This document shows positions 14,651-27,658 of a stretch of 64,000 bases of DNA, piece after piece. Numbering within the stretch: position 1 is the stretch's first letter; each line of letters opens with the position of its first letter. Source of the DNA: Spizellomyces punctatus DAOM BR117 (lineage: Eukaryota); assembly GCA_000182565.2 (NCBI GenBank), contig KQ257460.1. One strand, written 5' to 3'. Both the position numbers and the translations under genes were made by a program. The notes under the pieces were generated by a model. That model was not told where the DNA came from. It made no database searches and saw only the letters and a program-made list of their open reading frames with translations.

Positions 14651-16225
14651 CTACTTTTCAAAAAACTGCTTCAATACTCTCACAAACTTATCCACAGCCT
14701 CCCTCGTAATCTGATGATGAAACACCAGTCTCATTTCCGTTCCACTTCCTCCAAAGACACGGATACCTTCTTTTGCCAATACTTCTGCAAGGATATCCGC
14801 AGGAACAGGGGCGTTAAGCCAGACCATGTTGGTTTCGACGGGATGGAGGAGGGAAAAGCCTAGATTGAGGTCCAGGAGTGTTTGGGCCAGGTACTGTGCG
14901 TTTTGGTGGTCGGTGGTTAGGAGGGGGAGGTGGTGGTCGAGGGCGTAGAGACCTGCGGCGGCCAAGATACCAGCTTGGCGCCATCTAAAATACGATTCAA
15001 GATAATGTAGAAAATAAAATGGTTAAATGCAATTATGGGAACATACCCTCCCCCGTACATCTTGCGAAAATGCTTGGCTTTCTTTATAAAAGGTTTGGAG
15101 CCAACCAGTACGGACCCGACCGGTGCACCAAGGCCTTTAGAAAAACACATTGAAATCTGAACAAAAAAAAGAAAACAGTATCAGAGTATGACCATTGTAT
15201 GATGATACCATTCGAGGTGGACATACCGAATCAAAATGACTGCAATACTCTTTCAGACTAATACCGGTCGCTACACAAGCGTTCCATATCCTGGCGCCAT
15301 CAAGGTGGGTTTTCAAGTCATGCTTGTGGGCTAGAGCTGTAATCTCTCTAATATTTTGAATAAGAAAACAGGACCAGTAGGAGATGTAACAAGAATCACA
15401 TACTTTATGTTCTCCAATGGAACAATCTAAGTAGCCATAAGTGAGTACACTAGTTCACGGTGTTGATTGTGGGTAATTTACCATGCCGTGTAAGGTATTT
15501 TCCAGACACACCACCCGTGTTGGGGCGTGATGGACATCATCATCGAGCACAAGGTGTTTTTCAATGACGGAGGCGGTCAGATGGGTTTGACCGGGTGCAG
15601 GTTGAACCGGGACGAGACCAGCGCCTTTTTGTGTCGTTTGTTTATTTACGATTGACGTTGGGAAGGAGGATAAGAGATATGCATATTGAGATTCATACCA
15701 CAATGAAAGGATATCCCCGCTGCTTCATAGTTGAAAATATGGGCTCGATGGTCACAGAGGACAGTATAAGGAGGAGCCGTAAGGTGAGTCCTCACCGCAA
15801 TCTAAACAAGAAAAACTATTGAGCATGTACATAAATATAAACGATTGCATTATATTTTTTTTACTTGATTCGTCATGGTTGCCGTTGGACAGAACAAGGC
15901 AGCTTCGTGACCAGCCATATCTGCAATACGATCCTGGAGGGCATTGATGGTCGGGTCTTCCTATCACACGCATGAGCAAACACATGGGGAACATGTTGCA
16001 TTTATTGGGACGTACATCAAAGACATCGTCCCCGACGTCAGCCGTCATCATGACATTGAGCATTTCGGCGGTAGGTTTCGTGACTGGAATGTCCCATAAG
16101 TAAATTGTCCTCCTCAAAATGTGTATTACTTACGCACCTGTATCACTTCGAAAGTCATGTACAGCCTTGACATTTTGTACCGGTGCATTACGATACAGCC
16201 CCGCATTCACCGTAGAAGAACTCAT
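14651..16225 (-). CDS. GLY1: Low-specificity L-threonine aldolase, intron-rich
   Basis: [76 protein letters not shown]. Confidence 0.95.
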
Positions 16226-16395
16226 ACTCCGTCGAAAGATGTGAATAAAGGACGTCAATCGCAGCATGAATCAAGATGCAAAAAACCGCAAAAAACAAAC
16301 AACGGAGGATCCGATCCAACAAGTGGCTATGCAATCCATTAAAACTCTCGCATCAGAATCCACAGCAACACCAGCGTTTCCTTTCTTCGTTGACC

Positions 16396-17097
16396 ATGTC
16401 TCGCATCCCATGCATAACCCTCCTAGGCGATTCCCTAACCCAACATGCATTTCCAAAAGGCTGGGGAACACATCTCCAAACAATATACACCCGAAAAGCG
16501 GATATTCTTAACCGAGGGCTATCAGGGTACAATTCCACCTGGTGCACAAACTTATTACCGGATATACTGGGTTCCCCAACGGTACTCATTATAATGCTCG
16601 GGACAAATGACTCTGTATTGGAATCCGTAAACCCAACACACCACGTCCCCATCGAAATTTACAAGAGTAATTTAGAGGTTATCGTGAATTTTGCTCAAGA
16701 CGGGGGAGTTCGGGTGTTGGTCTTGACACCTCCCCCCGTGATCATATCCGATTGGAAAAAGGTACGAGAAGCACAAGGAAGGGAGTGTGATCGGAGTCTG
16801 GAGATGGTTGGGTTGTATCGGAGGGCTTGTTTGGATATTATGGAGCGGTTGGGTGTGTCTGTGTTGGATACCTGGCAAGTGTTCTTGGGTGGGAATGAGT
16901 ATAGCGTGGAAGCATTGGATGGTGTGTTTTCAGATGGAGTTCATTTGGCGGAAAAGGGGCATGAGATGCTTGGGCGTGCTGTTGTGGAAAAGATACAGAC
17001 GGTTTGGAAAGATTTAGATCCAGATGAGATGCCGTTGTGGGCACCTCTGCACACTGAGATTGCAAATTCCCATCAAATCCGAAAATCCTTGCAATAA
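16396..17097 (+). CDS. IAH1: SGNH/GDSL hydrolase, isoamyl acetate-hydrolysing esterase
   Basis: LLGDSLTQ, NRGLSGYNS, MLGTNDS, LTPPP, SDGVHL (blocks I, II, III and V). Confidence 0.9.
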   Translation: MSRIPCITLLGDSLTQHAFPKGWGTHLQTIYTRKADILNRGLSGYNSTWCTNLLPDILGSPTVLIIMLGTNDSVLESVNPTHHVPIEIYKSNLEVIVNFAQDGGVRVLVLTPPPVIISDWKKVREAQGRECDRSLEMVGLYRRACLDIMERLGVSVLDTWQVFLGGNEYSVEALDGVFSDGVHLAEKGHEMLGRAVVEKIQTVWKDLDPDEMPLWAPLHTEIANSHQIRKSLQ

Positions 17098-17594
17098 TAT
17101 AATGTGAAAGAAACATGGAGGAGGGCAGAGTATAGATTCCATTCCACAAACCAAATGCAATACTGCAAACAAGTGATAACAGCCAAGATACGCAGTGTCA
17201 TTACAAACAAAACGGTACCTCGAATAATGCGAAAACCCACAAAGATCCTTCCGATATAAACAAACCACAAACCTTTATTTCAATAAACCCCCATATCGGA
17301 AACACAGTAACCGAATCCCTAAAAGCCTTGCGATACCCACAGCAGCTACACCCTCAGACCCTCACCTGAACATAAAACACCCACCGGTAGGTTGACATCG
17401 AGGACATCATTAAAGACATCGAACATCAATATCCAAAAACTTAAAACTCAACACAATAGAGCAGTTCAAACGGCATAAGAAAAGAAAATCAAAATATATT
17501 ACAAAGAAAAAAAACACAAACACACACAAGCACAGAAAAAAGAAATCTCTAAATCAAAAAAAAAAAACATAAAACACAAGGCTAGTTTTGCCTT

Positions 17595-18447
17595 TTAAAC
17601 TCGGGTTTGCTGTTGCTGCTGTGGTTGCTGCGCTTGCAATTGCTGCTGCTGCAACTGCGACAATTGCAACTGAACCTGTTGACTCTGCATCGCAGCCAAC
17701 CGCTGCTGAACAGACGCCAAATGTATCATTTTCTGCGGCTGGAGTGATACTTGCGGTCTCGATACATGTTGTTGTTGTTGTTGTTGTTGTTGTTGCGTAG
17801 GAGCAGGAGTAGGAGGCGTGGAAGGTGGGGGTGTATCTTCCTTATCTTTTAATGCAGCGAGTTCGGAGGCGCTTAGGAAGCGGCCGCCGGGACCTCGAGG
17901 TCGACGCATGGCGTGTCGGTGTCGGGATTCGTGAATATATCCCTATGAATTTCAATCAATACATACATTCGTACAAGAGTTTACAAGTTTCTTTACCTTT
18001 TCTTTTCGCCCTTTATTCATAGCCTCCAATTTCGCTCTCGCTTCCCTTCGTTTCAGGATACGATGGTACTGTTTTGCATTAACGTAGAGGGGCTCGTCGC
18101 CTGTAGGTTGGGATGCGGCTGCGGCTGCGGCGACAGCAGCGGCATTCATGGCCATGGCGGCTAGGACTTGGTTGTTGGCAAGAGGGGTGGGGTTCGTTAT
18201 TTGGTTTGTCATGTGTCCCAGGAGCTTTCAAGCATGAATGGTGAGCATGATTGGATTTGATTAGTGTGAATGGAGATGGCGCACTTACCATGTTGGCGTA
18301 CTGCGGGTACATTGCGGCTTGTTGTAATGCAGCAAATTGTTGAGCATCGACAGAGGTCTGCTGGCCGGGCTGTGCATGACTTGATGCTGTCGCTGCTGTT
18401 GTTGTTGTTGTTGCGGCTGTTGTTGTCGTCGTCGTGCCGTCCATCAT
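17595..18447 (-). CDS. HAP2: CCAAT-binding factor subunit NF-YA/Hap2; the start codon is uncertain
   Basis: [24 protein letters not shown] and [22 protein letters not shown], with Q-rich termini. Confidence 0.95.
17768..17795 (-). repeat. (CAA)n microsatellite encoding poly-Gln in Hap2
   Basis: About 9 GTT units on the + strand. Confidence 0.85.
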
Positions 18448-18752
18448 GACACCTCTGGATATCCAAGTCAGTCATGTTGTCAATACAATACACAAAAGTG
18501 TCGATATGCTATTTGCAATAGCAACCCTTCTGATGCATATCCAAAATAAAAATAAAAAACGTCGGAGTAATAAAGTCATTGCTTACCGTAAGTATCGTCA
18601 AAGGGACAGAAGACCGCTGGTTGGCCAAAACGATGCAAGGAAGCTGGTTGGCCAAAAGGGCGCCTTTTTTGTTTATTTCAGCAATTGCTACGCCACTCAC
18701 GCGTTTCTTTATTAGGGTGATGATTATGTCATCAGTTGGAATTCAACAGAAA

Positions 18753-19883
18753 ATGGCAACGAAACGAGCATCTAAAGAGGTTAGATGAGGATGATGATTA
18801 GCGGAATGTATCTAACGGACCACATAGGCAACCTTTGAAATCATCCTTCCATCCAAAAGACGCAAACCCAATGTCCAGATTCCCACTGTCCAACTGACCA
18901 ATGGCGTCATGCAGCCAATGGATATCCCCCAACTGGGTCTCGGTACCTACCGTCTCAAGAAAGCCGCTGTCAAAGCACCATTGAGGTTGGCCCTTGAATG
19001 CGGGTACACCATGCTCGATACCGCCAGCGTCTAGTAAATGCACTCTAGAATTGCATCGAGAAACCAATCGGGGGCTCACGTTATTGCTCCCCATTTGTAG
19101 CGACAATGAAAAAGAAATTGGACAAACCCTCCAAACCAACGTATTTATCACAACCAAACTCTGGCGATCACATCAAAGCGAATGTCCAAAAACGATTGAA
19201 AAACACCTCAAGGCATCTATTTCAAAACTTGGGCATGTGGATTTATGGCTCTTGCATTGGCCTGGACCTGGCTATCATCGATTCAAAAAATACCAGTAGC
19301 GTCATCCAAAAAACTCTTGCACAACACAATAATTTCATTTTATGACTGATAATGTCCTCCATTTAGAGTCCCAAAGGATTGGACACCCACCACACGCATC
19401 GCAACCTGGAACGCAATGACCACCCTCCTCACCCAAACCCACGTACGCGCGATCGGAGTCTCTAATTTCAGTATCCGCCAATTACAACACCTCGCAACCC
19501 ACACTTCCATACGTCCATCAGTAAACCAAATCGAAATGCACCCCTTTTTAATCCAGAAAGAGTTGCGCGCTTATTGTGCTCAACAGGATATACGTATCAT
19601 GGCATACTGTTCACTCGGGAGCGGAGATCCAAAATTGTTGAACCATCCTGTTGTTGTTCGTGTTGCTAATGAGGTGAACAAGAGTGTCTCGCAGGTGTTG
19701 CTTCGATGGGCGGTGCAGCATGGTGTGATTGTTATTCCGTGTTCAACAGTGCGGGAGCATTTGGTGGAGAATCGAGGGGTTTGGGGATGGGAGCTGAGTG
19801 AGGTGCAGATGGAGGCTTTGGATGGGTTGGATTGTGGAAAGAGGTATGCGTGGAAAGGGGTGGATCCGGATTCTGTTCCGTAG
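18753..19883 (+). CDS. Aldo-keto reductase, multi-exon
   Basis: IPQLGLGTY, GYTMLDTASVYDNEKEIG, FITTKLW, DLWLLHWP, IGVSNFS, NQIEMHP, QVLLRWAVQ. Confidence 0.95.
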
Positions 19884-20395
19884 TGGTGTGTGTCGAATCG
19901 CCATAAATGTATCCTCAAGGACAATGAACAGTCCTTTTGCTGTGGAAGCAAGATTAACATGCCCATTTCGCAGTGCTTTTGTGCGCTTTGTAAATCACAT
20001 TACCATCTCCACCACAATACCCATCAGACAAGGCATACGTCTATCTAATGACCATCTCCTGGCTGCATAATGGGCCCATGTTCAGGGGGAATCGGAGTAG
20101 TTGTATGGTGCACAAGTAAGACTTGATGTCTCGCAATGGAAGCTTGGGAGGATCATCAGAGCGGGAGGGAAAAAAAAAAGAACATGCACTCTATCCTCGA
20201 ATAAACTAAATAAAAAGCATGTATTCAAAAAAAAATATAAATCCCAAAATCTATATACAAGTCTGGTGTAGGTTTGGACGGTGAGTCCATTTCCAAAACG
20301 TTGGACAAATCGTGCAATTCAATATTTACTCTGAGAGGACGGGAGGTGTGTACGAGAATTCCGGGCAGGGCACTAATTAATTAAACACACTGTGT

Positions 20396-21765
20396 TTACA
20401 AACGGGCTACGTGTGGCATTTTCAAAAACCGATTTTCACGCAACATACCTCGCTTGTCCACTTGGAAAACGGCAGCAATCATACCAACATACGTCGGGCG
20501 ATGCCGAGCAAAAATGTGTCGAGAGAATTTGGATGTGCCTTCTTTTTCCATGATGGCTTGGAGGACGACGAGGCCGTCAAAGGCGCATGAGATGGCTTGT
20601 TTGACGAGTGCTGCGGCGTCGCGGGTGATAAAGTCGCCGTTGAGTGTGCTTGCCCATCTGCCAAGTAAAAAGAGGGGCTGATTAGTATGATTTCGAGAAG
20701 CGACATAGAGCGCCGACATGCTGCGCTCGAGATGGCCATATCATCCCGTTAGCCCAAAGCGCCATCGTTCGAATGATATCAAAATTCCTCCCATGAAATC
20801 TTTGCGAGCGGAAATAAGCTATCTAAATCCCATAGGCATCAAAATCTCAAATGCATGCTCTCTATCACTCGCACAGAATTACTCCCAAAAAATGCTCGCT
20901 CGCATGCCATTCGGATTCCAAAAGGCATCCAAGCTCATAAATGCATGCTCGCTATCTAAACTCTCAAATGTGCATGCTCGCTATGCACAATTTCGCTACT
21001 CACTTTTCAACAATGGCGTCAAACACGGCGGCAGCATCAGACACGGGCATTTTCCATTCCGGATTGGGCAAGTACATTGGAACCTTGCATGCAGTCGCAT
21101 GCGTATGAGCCAAATCGCCCGACAAGACAATCGCCACGCGGTGCGAGAGCCACGAGAGGTACTTGTGGAGATGAGAACCATACATGAGCATATCGGGGAC
21201 GCGCTCTTTGGAGGATTCCGAGCGAATGATGCTCGTTCCGCCAATGGGAGTGGGAAGAGACAAGAGCATAAAGCGGGGAGCCCGTTTCAAGAGGGATAAG
21301 CCACGGAGGAACCAGAGGGGAACGATTTCAGAAGGAGCGAGTGGGGCTTCTGTTCCAGTGATTTTGACACAGGCGACACCGGACGAACCGAGGTGGTTGA
21401 GAAACCCTGTAGCGATTTCCGAGTCGATTTGGATGGCGAGTTCATAGTCTGCCCAGTTTCCTGCTTGTTCCGCAGTGCCGGTTGCCGAGGGCGTCAAGTA
21501 AATGCCTACAATGAATGTTATAACTCTGGTGTGTGCACTGACACGAATCTCTCTCTGCCTGGCAAGTACCTGGACGAGGACTCTTTGGAGCAGAAATGCC
21601 ATGAGGCGTTAAAAAGACGACAAGCTCTGGTTCCCAACTTGCGACGACTTGACCGACTGCCTTGCAACCCTCGTGTATTTCCCTTATGCCGTCTGGACAC
21701 CCTTCCCTATTGGGATCGAGTATCATGGGCGAGTGTGGGAGGATGGCACAACCAAGAATGGGCAT
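20396..21765 (-). CDS. LigB/Memo-like (extradiol dioxygenase class III subunit B fold) protein, two introns
   Basis: ILPHSPMILDP, ELVVFLTPHG, EIVPLWFL, VAIVLSGDLAHTH, AAVFDAIVEKW, ISCAFDGL, PTYVGMIAA. Introns at about 21508-21568 and 20658-21003. Confidence 0.75.
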
Positions 21766-22369
21766 TGTCTGATGAGCAGCGTGCGTTGTTGATGGTGTGA
21801 GATTGAAATCTCGTTGAAAGCTGATGGAAAAAGAACGAAAGATAAAAGAATGAAATGACAATTTATTCCCTTTCTGGATAAAGAGACAAATGTAACTATA
21901 AATAGGTTAATGAAATACGCCCAAATGCGGTTAAATGACTAAGCCTCATGAGAGTGTTTTGAAGGGAAGTGAAGGGAGTGTGATTGACATGGAGAGATTG
22001 AATGCCATGCCCATGTGTGTGTGTGGTGGGGGGAGTGGGATTTATATTCTGCGAGAGTGAAGTGTTTAGGCGAGGGAGGACGAGGATTCCCCTCCTGACA
22101 TTAATGTGTGATGTGGGTGACTTGCAACGTGTGCGTGTGAGTGAGTGAGTGTGTGGATGTGAGTGAGATGGAGAGCGAATTCCCTTGAATGAGTCTGTGA
22201 ACGAGTGCGAAAAGAAAGAGAAAAATCGTCTAATCCAATGGATGTGAGTAGAGAGTGAACGCCATGGGGTTTGTGCTGTTTCTCCTCTCTCGCTATGGAA
22301 TCGAAGAGAGTTGGTTTGTCATTCCTTACACGAATATGTATTAACTACGAATATAATATTTCTACCAAC

Positions 22370-23447
22370 TCAAATGTCCTTGACTAGGTCCTTGACAGCT
22401 ACCAAATACATCCATGCATACCTTGCATGCCACACAGGTGTTGTCCATGTCGCATGCATTAGGATTCCATACGGGAGCAACGTGGGTTTCTCTGGATCCC
22501 AAAACAAGAGCGTATTGATCATGTGCATCGACAATCCTAATAGGCTTATCCCGATAATCCATCCCACACCCATCCCTGTCGTTCGCAATAGGGATTCATC
22601 TTGTTTGACTGGTTTCGCTACGGATGGAGGGCCGGATGGTTTTGCTACCGATGAACTGCGAATAGATGGGAGATTGGAACTAGATGGTGCTGTGCTGTTT
22701 AGACGGCATGTCGATAGATCCTTCTCGCCAGTGATGATCACCGTGCTCGGCAAAGGATTTTCCAGCACATCATGCAGGTCCTTGACAACTTTTCTGAGCC
22801 TTGCATAGATCGACAAGGATGTGGTCGCATCCACAGCCACAATGTACAGGTTGAAAATAAACAAGAATGCCGCCCCATGCATCGAGATGCCGTCGGGCTG
22901 CCATTCCGGAACGTTGGGCGCTTGGAAGACAGCTACCCAATCAAAAACAGTGACGGGAGTCGCCGCAATTGATACAATGAGAATCGTCCCTATTTCAAAG
23001 GCTCTGTACCTACATTGGAAAGAATGTTATTGGTACCATGAACCAGAAATTTCCATCTTCACAACGTACGGCAACTCACCATTTTGAATGAACTCCCGGT
23101 CGTATCACACGATGGACTTTGGTAAATCGCTTGACCACAATCCAAATGTAAATCCCCCCAAACATGAAAAAGGTCGTATCCCCACCCGCTACCATGACCC
23201 GATACAGCGCGTCGTTCCTTCCCACCAGCGACGCAATAGCGATATTAAAACTACAGTAGACCCATATGATGCACATGATATAGGCAATGACGCGGTCGAG
23301 CCATGTCCCTTTTGAATCAGAGTTTGTCTGGAAAAAGGCCGCTCGAAGCGCATAAACGGTTTGGTACGTCTGAAACAAAAAGGCAATGACTTCGATGCCA
23401 ATCGTGAGTCCCAAAAATAAGGGAGTCGGTTGATCGTCTTGTCCCAT
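22370..23447 (-). CDS. Orphan multi-pass (about 7TM) membrane protein, one intron
   Basis: Two hydrophobic ORFs (23076-23540 and 22370-22882 plus upstream sequence) joined by a GT-AG intron at about 23010-23079. Seven hydrophobic segments. Confidence 0.65.
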
Positions 23448-23815
23448 CACGTTCGCCAAAAGGTTTTTAGATTCGTGAGACTGTGAGTTTGCAGCGAGTC
23501 CTCCGCTACCAAAAAATAGACGTCTCAAAAGGGCTCGCAAGGGTAGGCGGTGGCAGAAAATAAACCCTGAACATGCTTATTTTTAAGCATAACTTGGGCG
23601 TAAGGGCTATTTATATCGGCTGTTGAGGGACATTCCCGATCAGCTTATGTAAACAAGTGCACGTGACATGACCCATATCTGCGTGACTAAGCCACTGATT
23701 TGAAATTGTGGTGGAAATCGGCAGCTGCTCCACCGACCGACCAAGAGCTTCCGACGACTGCTGCACTCGGCCCCGTTTTTTTTTGTTGGCAATAAAAGGA
23801 ACCCCAGCTGCGATC

Positions 23816-26800
23816 ATGCAGGGAGAACAAACAGGTCCATCAGAGTCTGCCCCTTCAGGAAGACATTTCACGTCTACAGGGTCGGGCGTCGTTCAAGCAA
23901 ACATGGGCCCGGCGACGACTATGCCATTCACGGAAATGAATGCAAAAAAGGGTTCTCAAAGGGGTCGCGGAAGATACAGGAGAGGGAGAGGACGAGGAGA
24001 CTCTTCAACGGCACTTCATGACTCGGATGCGACTGGAACGAGTACTAATGATAGTATGGTACAAAACGCCGCGACACCACGTCCACGCAACACAAGATCG
24101 GCACGTAGCAGACGGCCACGTCCATTGACGGATGTACCGAATCACGAAGTGACGCTGGGTGGGACTGCATTGACCCATAGTCAAGGAAACCAACGTCGAC
24201 CGCGGATTCCATTGACGGTTCAAGGTCCAGTCCAGGATGAGGCAGCAAATCAAGAGACAACCCAAAGCGGGCAGACTATAGATGGGAACGGAGCCGGTAG
24301 CAGATCAGGAGAAAAAGAACGTAAACGACGACCGAGACACAAAAAAGCTCCCAGAGATGCATCGGGACCGGTGTCAGTGTCGGTCCAAGGAAACACGGAT
24401 CAGGAAGGCGATCTAACGGCATCGCTCATTGACGGCTTGACAAAGGGTGACTACGAGTGCATGATATGCTATGATATCGTCAGAGCAAGGGACGCTGTGT
24501 GGAGCTGCCACATTTGCTTTGCAGTCTTTCACTTGAAATGCGTCTCAAAGTGGGGCCGGAAATCTGCACAGGATGCACTTGCGAATCCAGCGTCGTCATC
24601 CTCATCATCAAATCAAGGTGGATGGAGATGTCCCGGATGCCAAACGCTGAATCTAAACATTCCGCTGGAATACAAGTGTTTCTGTACGAAATCCCTCAAC
24701 CCGCCATTCAGCCGCTACCTTGTTCCCCACACATGCGGTCAAACCTGTGGTCGAGACCGAAACTGCCCACATCCCTGTGGAATGCAATGCCATCCCGGGC
24801 CCTGTCGGCCTTGCGAGTCCCTGGCACCCCCCGTATCATGCCACTGTGGCAAAACCAGCCTGGTCGTCAGATGCAGCCTGCTAGCGAGCGTGGCGTTTGA
24901 GCCGTCGTGCGGTGAGGTATGCGGAAAGATGCTCTCTTGCGGGAACCACACATGCGAACAACCGTGTCATCCCGGCGACTGTACCCCGTGTCCCATTACA
25001 GTAGAGCAAGCCTGTCATTGTGGCAAGTCGAGTCGCAACGTTCCCTGTGGAACCTCGACAGATCCTTTCTCGTGTGAAACACCCTGTGGAATAAGTTTTG
25101 GATGTGGACATCATGACTGCCAGCGAACCTGTCACAACCCAGAAAACCATCCTACACTGTGCCCTTTTGATCCATCCGCTGTGAGGCACTGTCCATGTGG
25201 CGGGGCGACGGTCGCGTCGTTAACTGAGGGCAGAGGACGAGAATCTTGCACGGACGCTATTCCAACCTGCGGTAAAGTATGTAACAAGGTTCTCGGATGC
25301 GGTCATCGATGTACTGTTCCATGTCACACTGGAGAATGGTATGTACTCAACATTTGTTCCATGGATATATACGTATCAAGTAATAATCTAATTTTATCAT
25401 GACAGTCCACCTTGCAGTGAAATCATTACCGCGCCATGCCGATGCGGCAAGGAAATGCTACAACTTGCGTGTATCGACTTACCGCGTGACGACCAAGGCG
25501 AGATTCAGCCCCCCCTATGCAATCGCACTTGCACGGCAATGCGACACTGTAAACGACATAAATGCAAAGACCGTTGTTGCGATATTCAATTTCACGTGTG
25601 CACACAGACCTGCGACAAGACTCTTAAATGCGGAAAACACCCGTGTACGTACCCGTGTGGACATCCCGGCCGCTGCCACGACTGCATTGTCGGCGTCTCA
25701 TTTGATGAAGTAACGTGTCATTGTGGTCGAACGACAATGTACCCCCCGATTCCATGCGGTACGCCGCCTCCGATATGTACCTACCCCTGCACCCGAGATT
25801 TACCCTGTGGACATGTCCCGCTGAGCGAACACCCCTGCCATCCGGACACGGACCCCTGTCCGCCATGTGTGGTCTTTGTCGAACGCCCCTGTGCCTGTGG
25901 GAAAAAAACAATGAAAAACATTCCCTGTTCTAGACAGGGTGCGCCCTCCTGCGGACAAAGCTGTGACAAGACCCTCGACGCCTGTGGACACGTTTGCCTC
26001 CGGTTCTGTCATACGGGCCCTTGTATTGACACGACGCATAAATGTGCATCCAAATGCGGACGTGTACGATCTGTTTGCGGACATACTTGCGCGTTTCCTT
26101 GCCATGGCACACGATTCTGTGCTGAAGACCGCCCTTGTAAGGCCACAACGATCCAAACCTGCCCATGCGGCCTACGCACCACGACCGTAACTTGCGGGGC
26201 TTGGAAAGAGAGCTTGGGAAATACGCTGGAACTTGCCTGCGATGACGCATGCGCCGTGGCCGAACGTAACCGCAAACTAGCGGAAGCTCTCGAAATTACC
26301 CCTTCCATCCGACCCACCATCACTTGGCCCGCTACACTGATCCACCAAGCCAACCAAAACCCAACCCTCGTAAAATCCATTGAAAAAACTCTCGAAACCT
26401 TTCTTTCCGACCCCACGAAACGTACACACCATTTCCCACCGTCGAAATTCAACGCCTTTATTTCCTCCCTGGTTGGTTTCTATAACCTTACACCCACATT
26501 TCTTGACACGGACCGGAAAGCACAGTCCAGCATTCTTGTTCGTAAAACACCTACTTCCTGGGTCCCGTCCATTCTTCTTAGCGCTGCCTCGCAATCTAAA
26601 CCCCCCACAACCACCGCCTCCACGACAACCTCAACCGCACATAGCAACACAACACACCGTAACACCGCCACACCGACCAACACACCTCACTCTACCTCCC
26701 TCACCATCACGTCCCTCCCCGACGGCATGGACACCAACGACATTCAAATCCTTCTTGACCCCCTCCTAGATTCCACCATTTCGACTCACATCCATTGGAC

Positions 26801-27068
26801 GACCCCCACGGACGTCATTGTATCCTTTTCGACCTATCCTGAAAGCATCGAACGAAATGTTCGAAACAAGTTTGTTGGGAATGGGTGGGCCAAGGATGTT
26901 TTTGTGAGTGAGGTAAAGGAGAGGGGTAAACCCAGTGGGCCGGTTGTACCAGTCCCTGTACCTGTGCCTGTTCCCACTGGGAACTCGTTTGGTGTGCTTT
27001 GTGATGAGGAGGATCGGGGAATGGTGGAAAGAGGACCTACACCAGAGTCTTGGGATAATGAAGATTGA
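23816..27068 (+). CDS. FAP1: NF-X1/Fap1 RING plus NF-X1 zinc-finger repeat plus R3H-like protein
   Basis: YECMICYD...VWSCHICFAVFHLKCV..W, WRCPGCQ, and many CGxHxCxxxCHxGxC repeats. One intron at about 25340-25404. Confidence 0.93.
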
Positions 27069-27658
27069 GTCATGGGTTATGGTCATCGTTGGGATGATTA
27101 TGATGTTGGGTTTTTTATTTGGAAAATGTATTCCTTGGGTTTTGAAACCCCATCAACGGAATTGGAATAAATATTGCTATCAATCTAGAATTCTATTGAA
27201 TGATTCATTGAAAAGATCTTTAGCAATTCAGGAAATGTATTAGACAACACTGGCAATATTCAATAAGAATCCTGACAGACATAAACTATTTTCCAAACAA
27301 TACCTCGATGGGTGTTTCTAGTTTCATACATGACAGCTGCGGTATCCAATGGGGACATAGGTCCGTATCTGAGGTCCATTTCAAAGAGTATTGGATCATG
27401 TACATTTTATAGTTTTTGCTGCTTTAATTGATATTTCACTCATGATGATGATTATGTTAAACTCTATTCTGAAATGTCATCATAAAGGACCCACTCAAAT
27501 ACCTTACAAAAACCCATACATATATCATAGCTATTAGCTCTTTAGCACCTGAACATTGGATACGCGAGGAGCACGTCCGCTTACATAACCGATCGGGACT
27601 CCAAACTTCACTCCAAGATCTCGACGTTATACTTTGTATATTCGCACCGTTTGTGACT

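Noticed and set aside
20718..21299. 193-aa plus-strand ORF
   Set aside because: It is antisense to the LigB-like gene and its intron, with no recognisable motifs.
25624..27086. Multiple antisense ORFs over NF-X1
   Set aside because: Shadow ORFs of a Cys-rich, compositionally skewed CDS.
27250..27658. RFX X-box upstream of the ciliary gene LRRC9
   Set aside because: Only poor partial matches.
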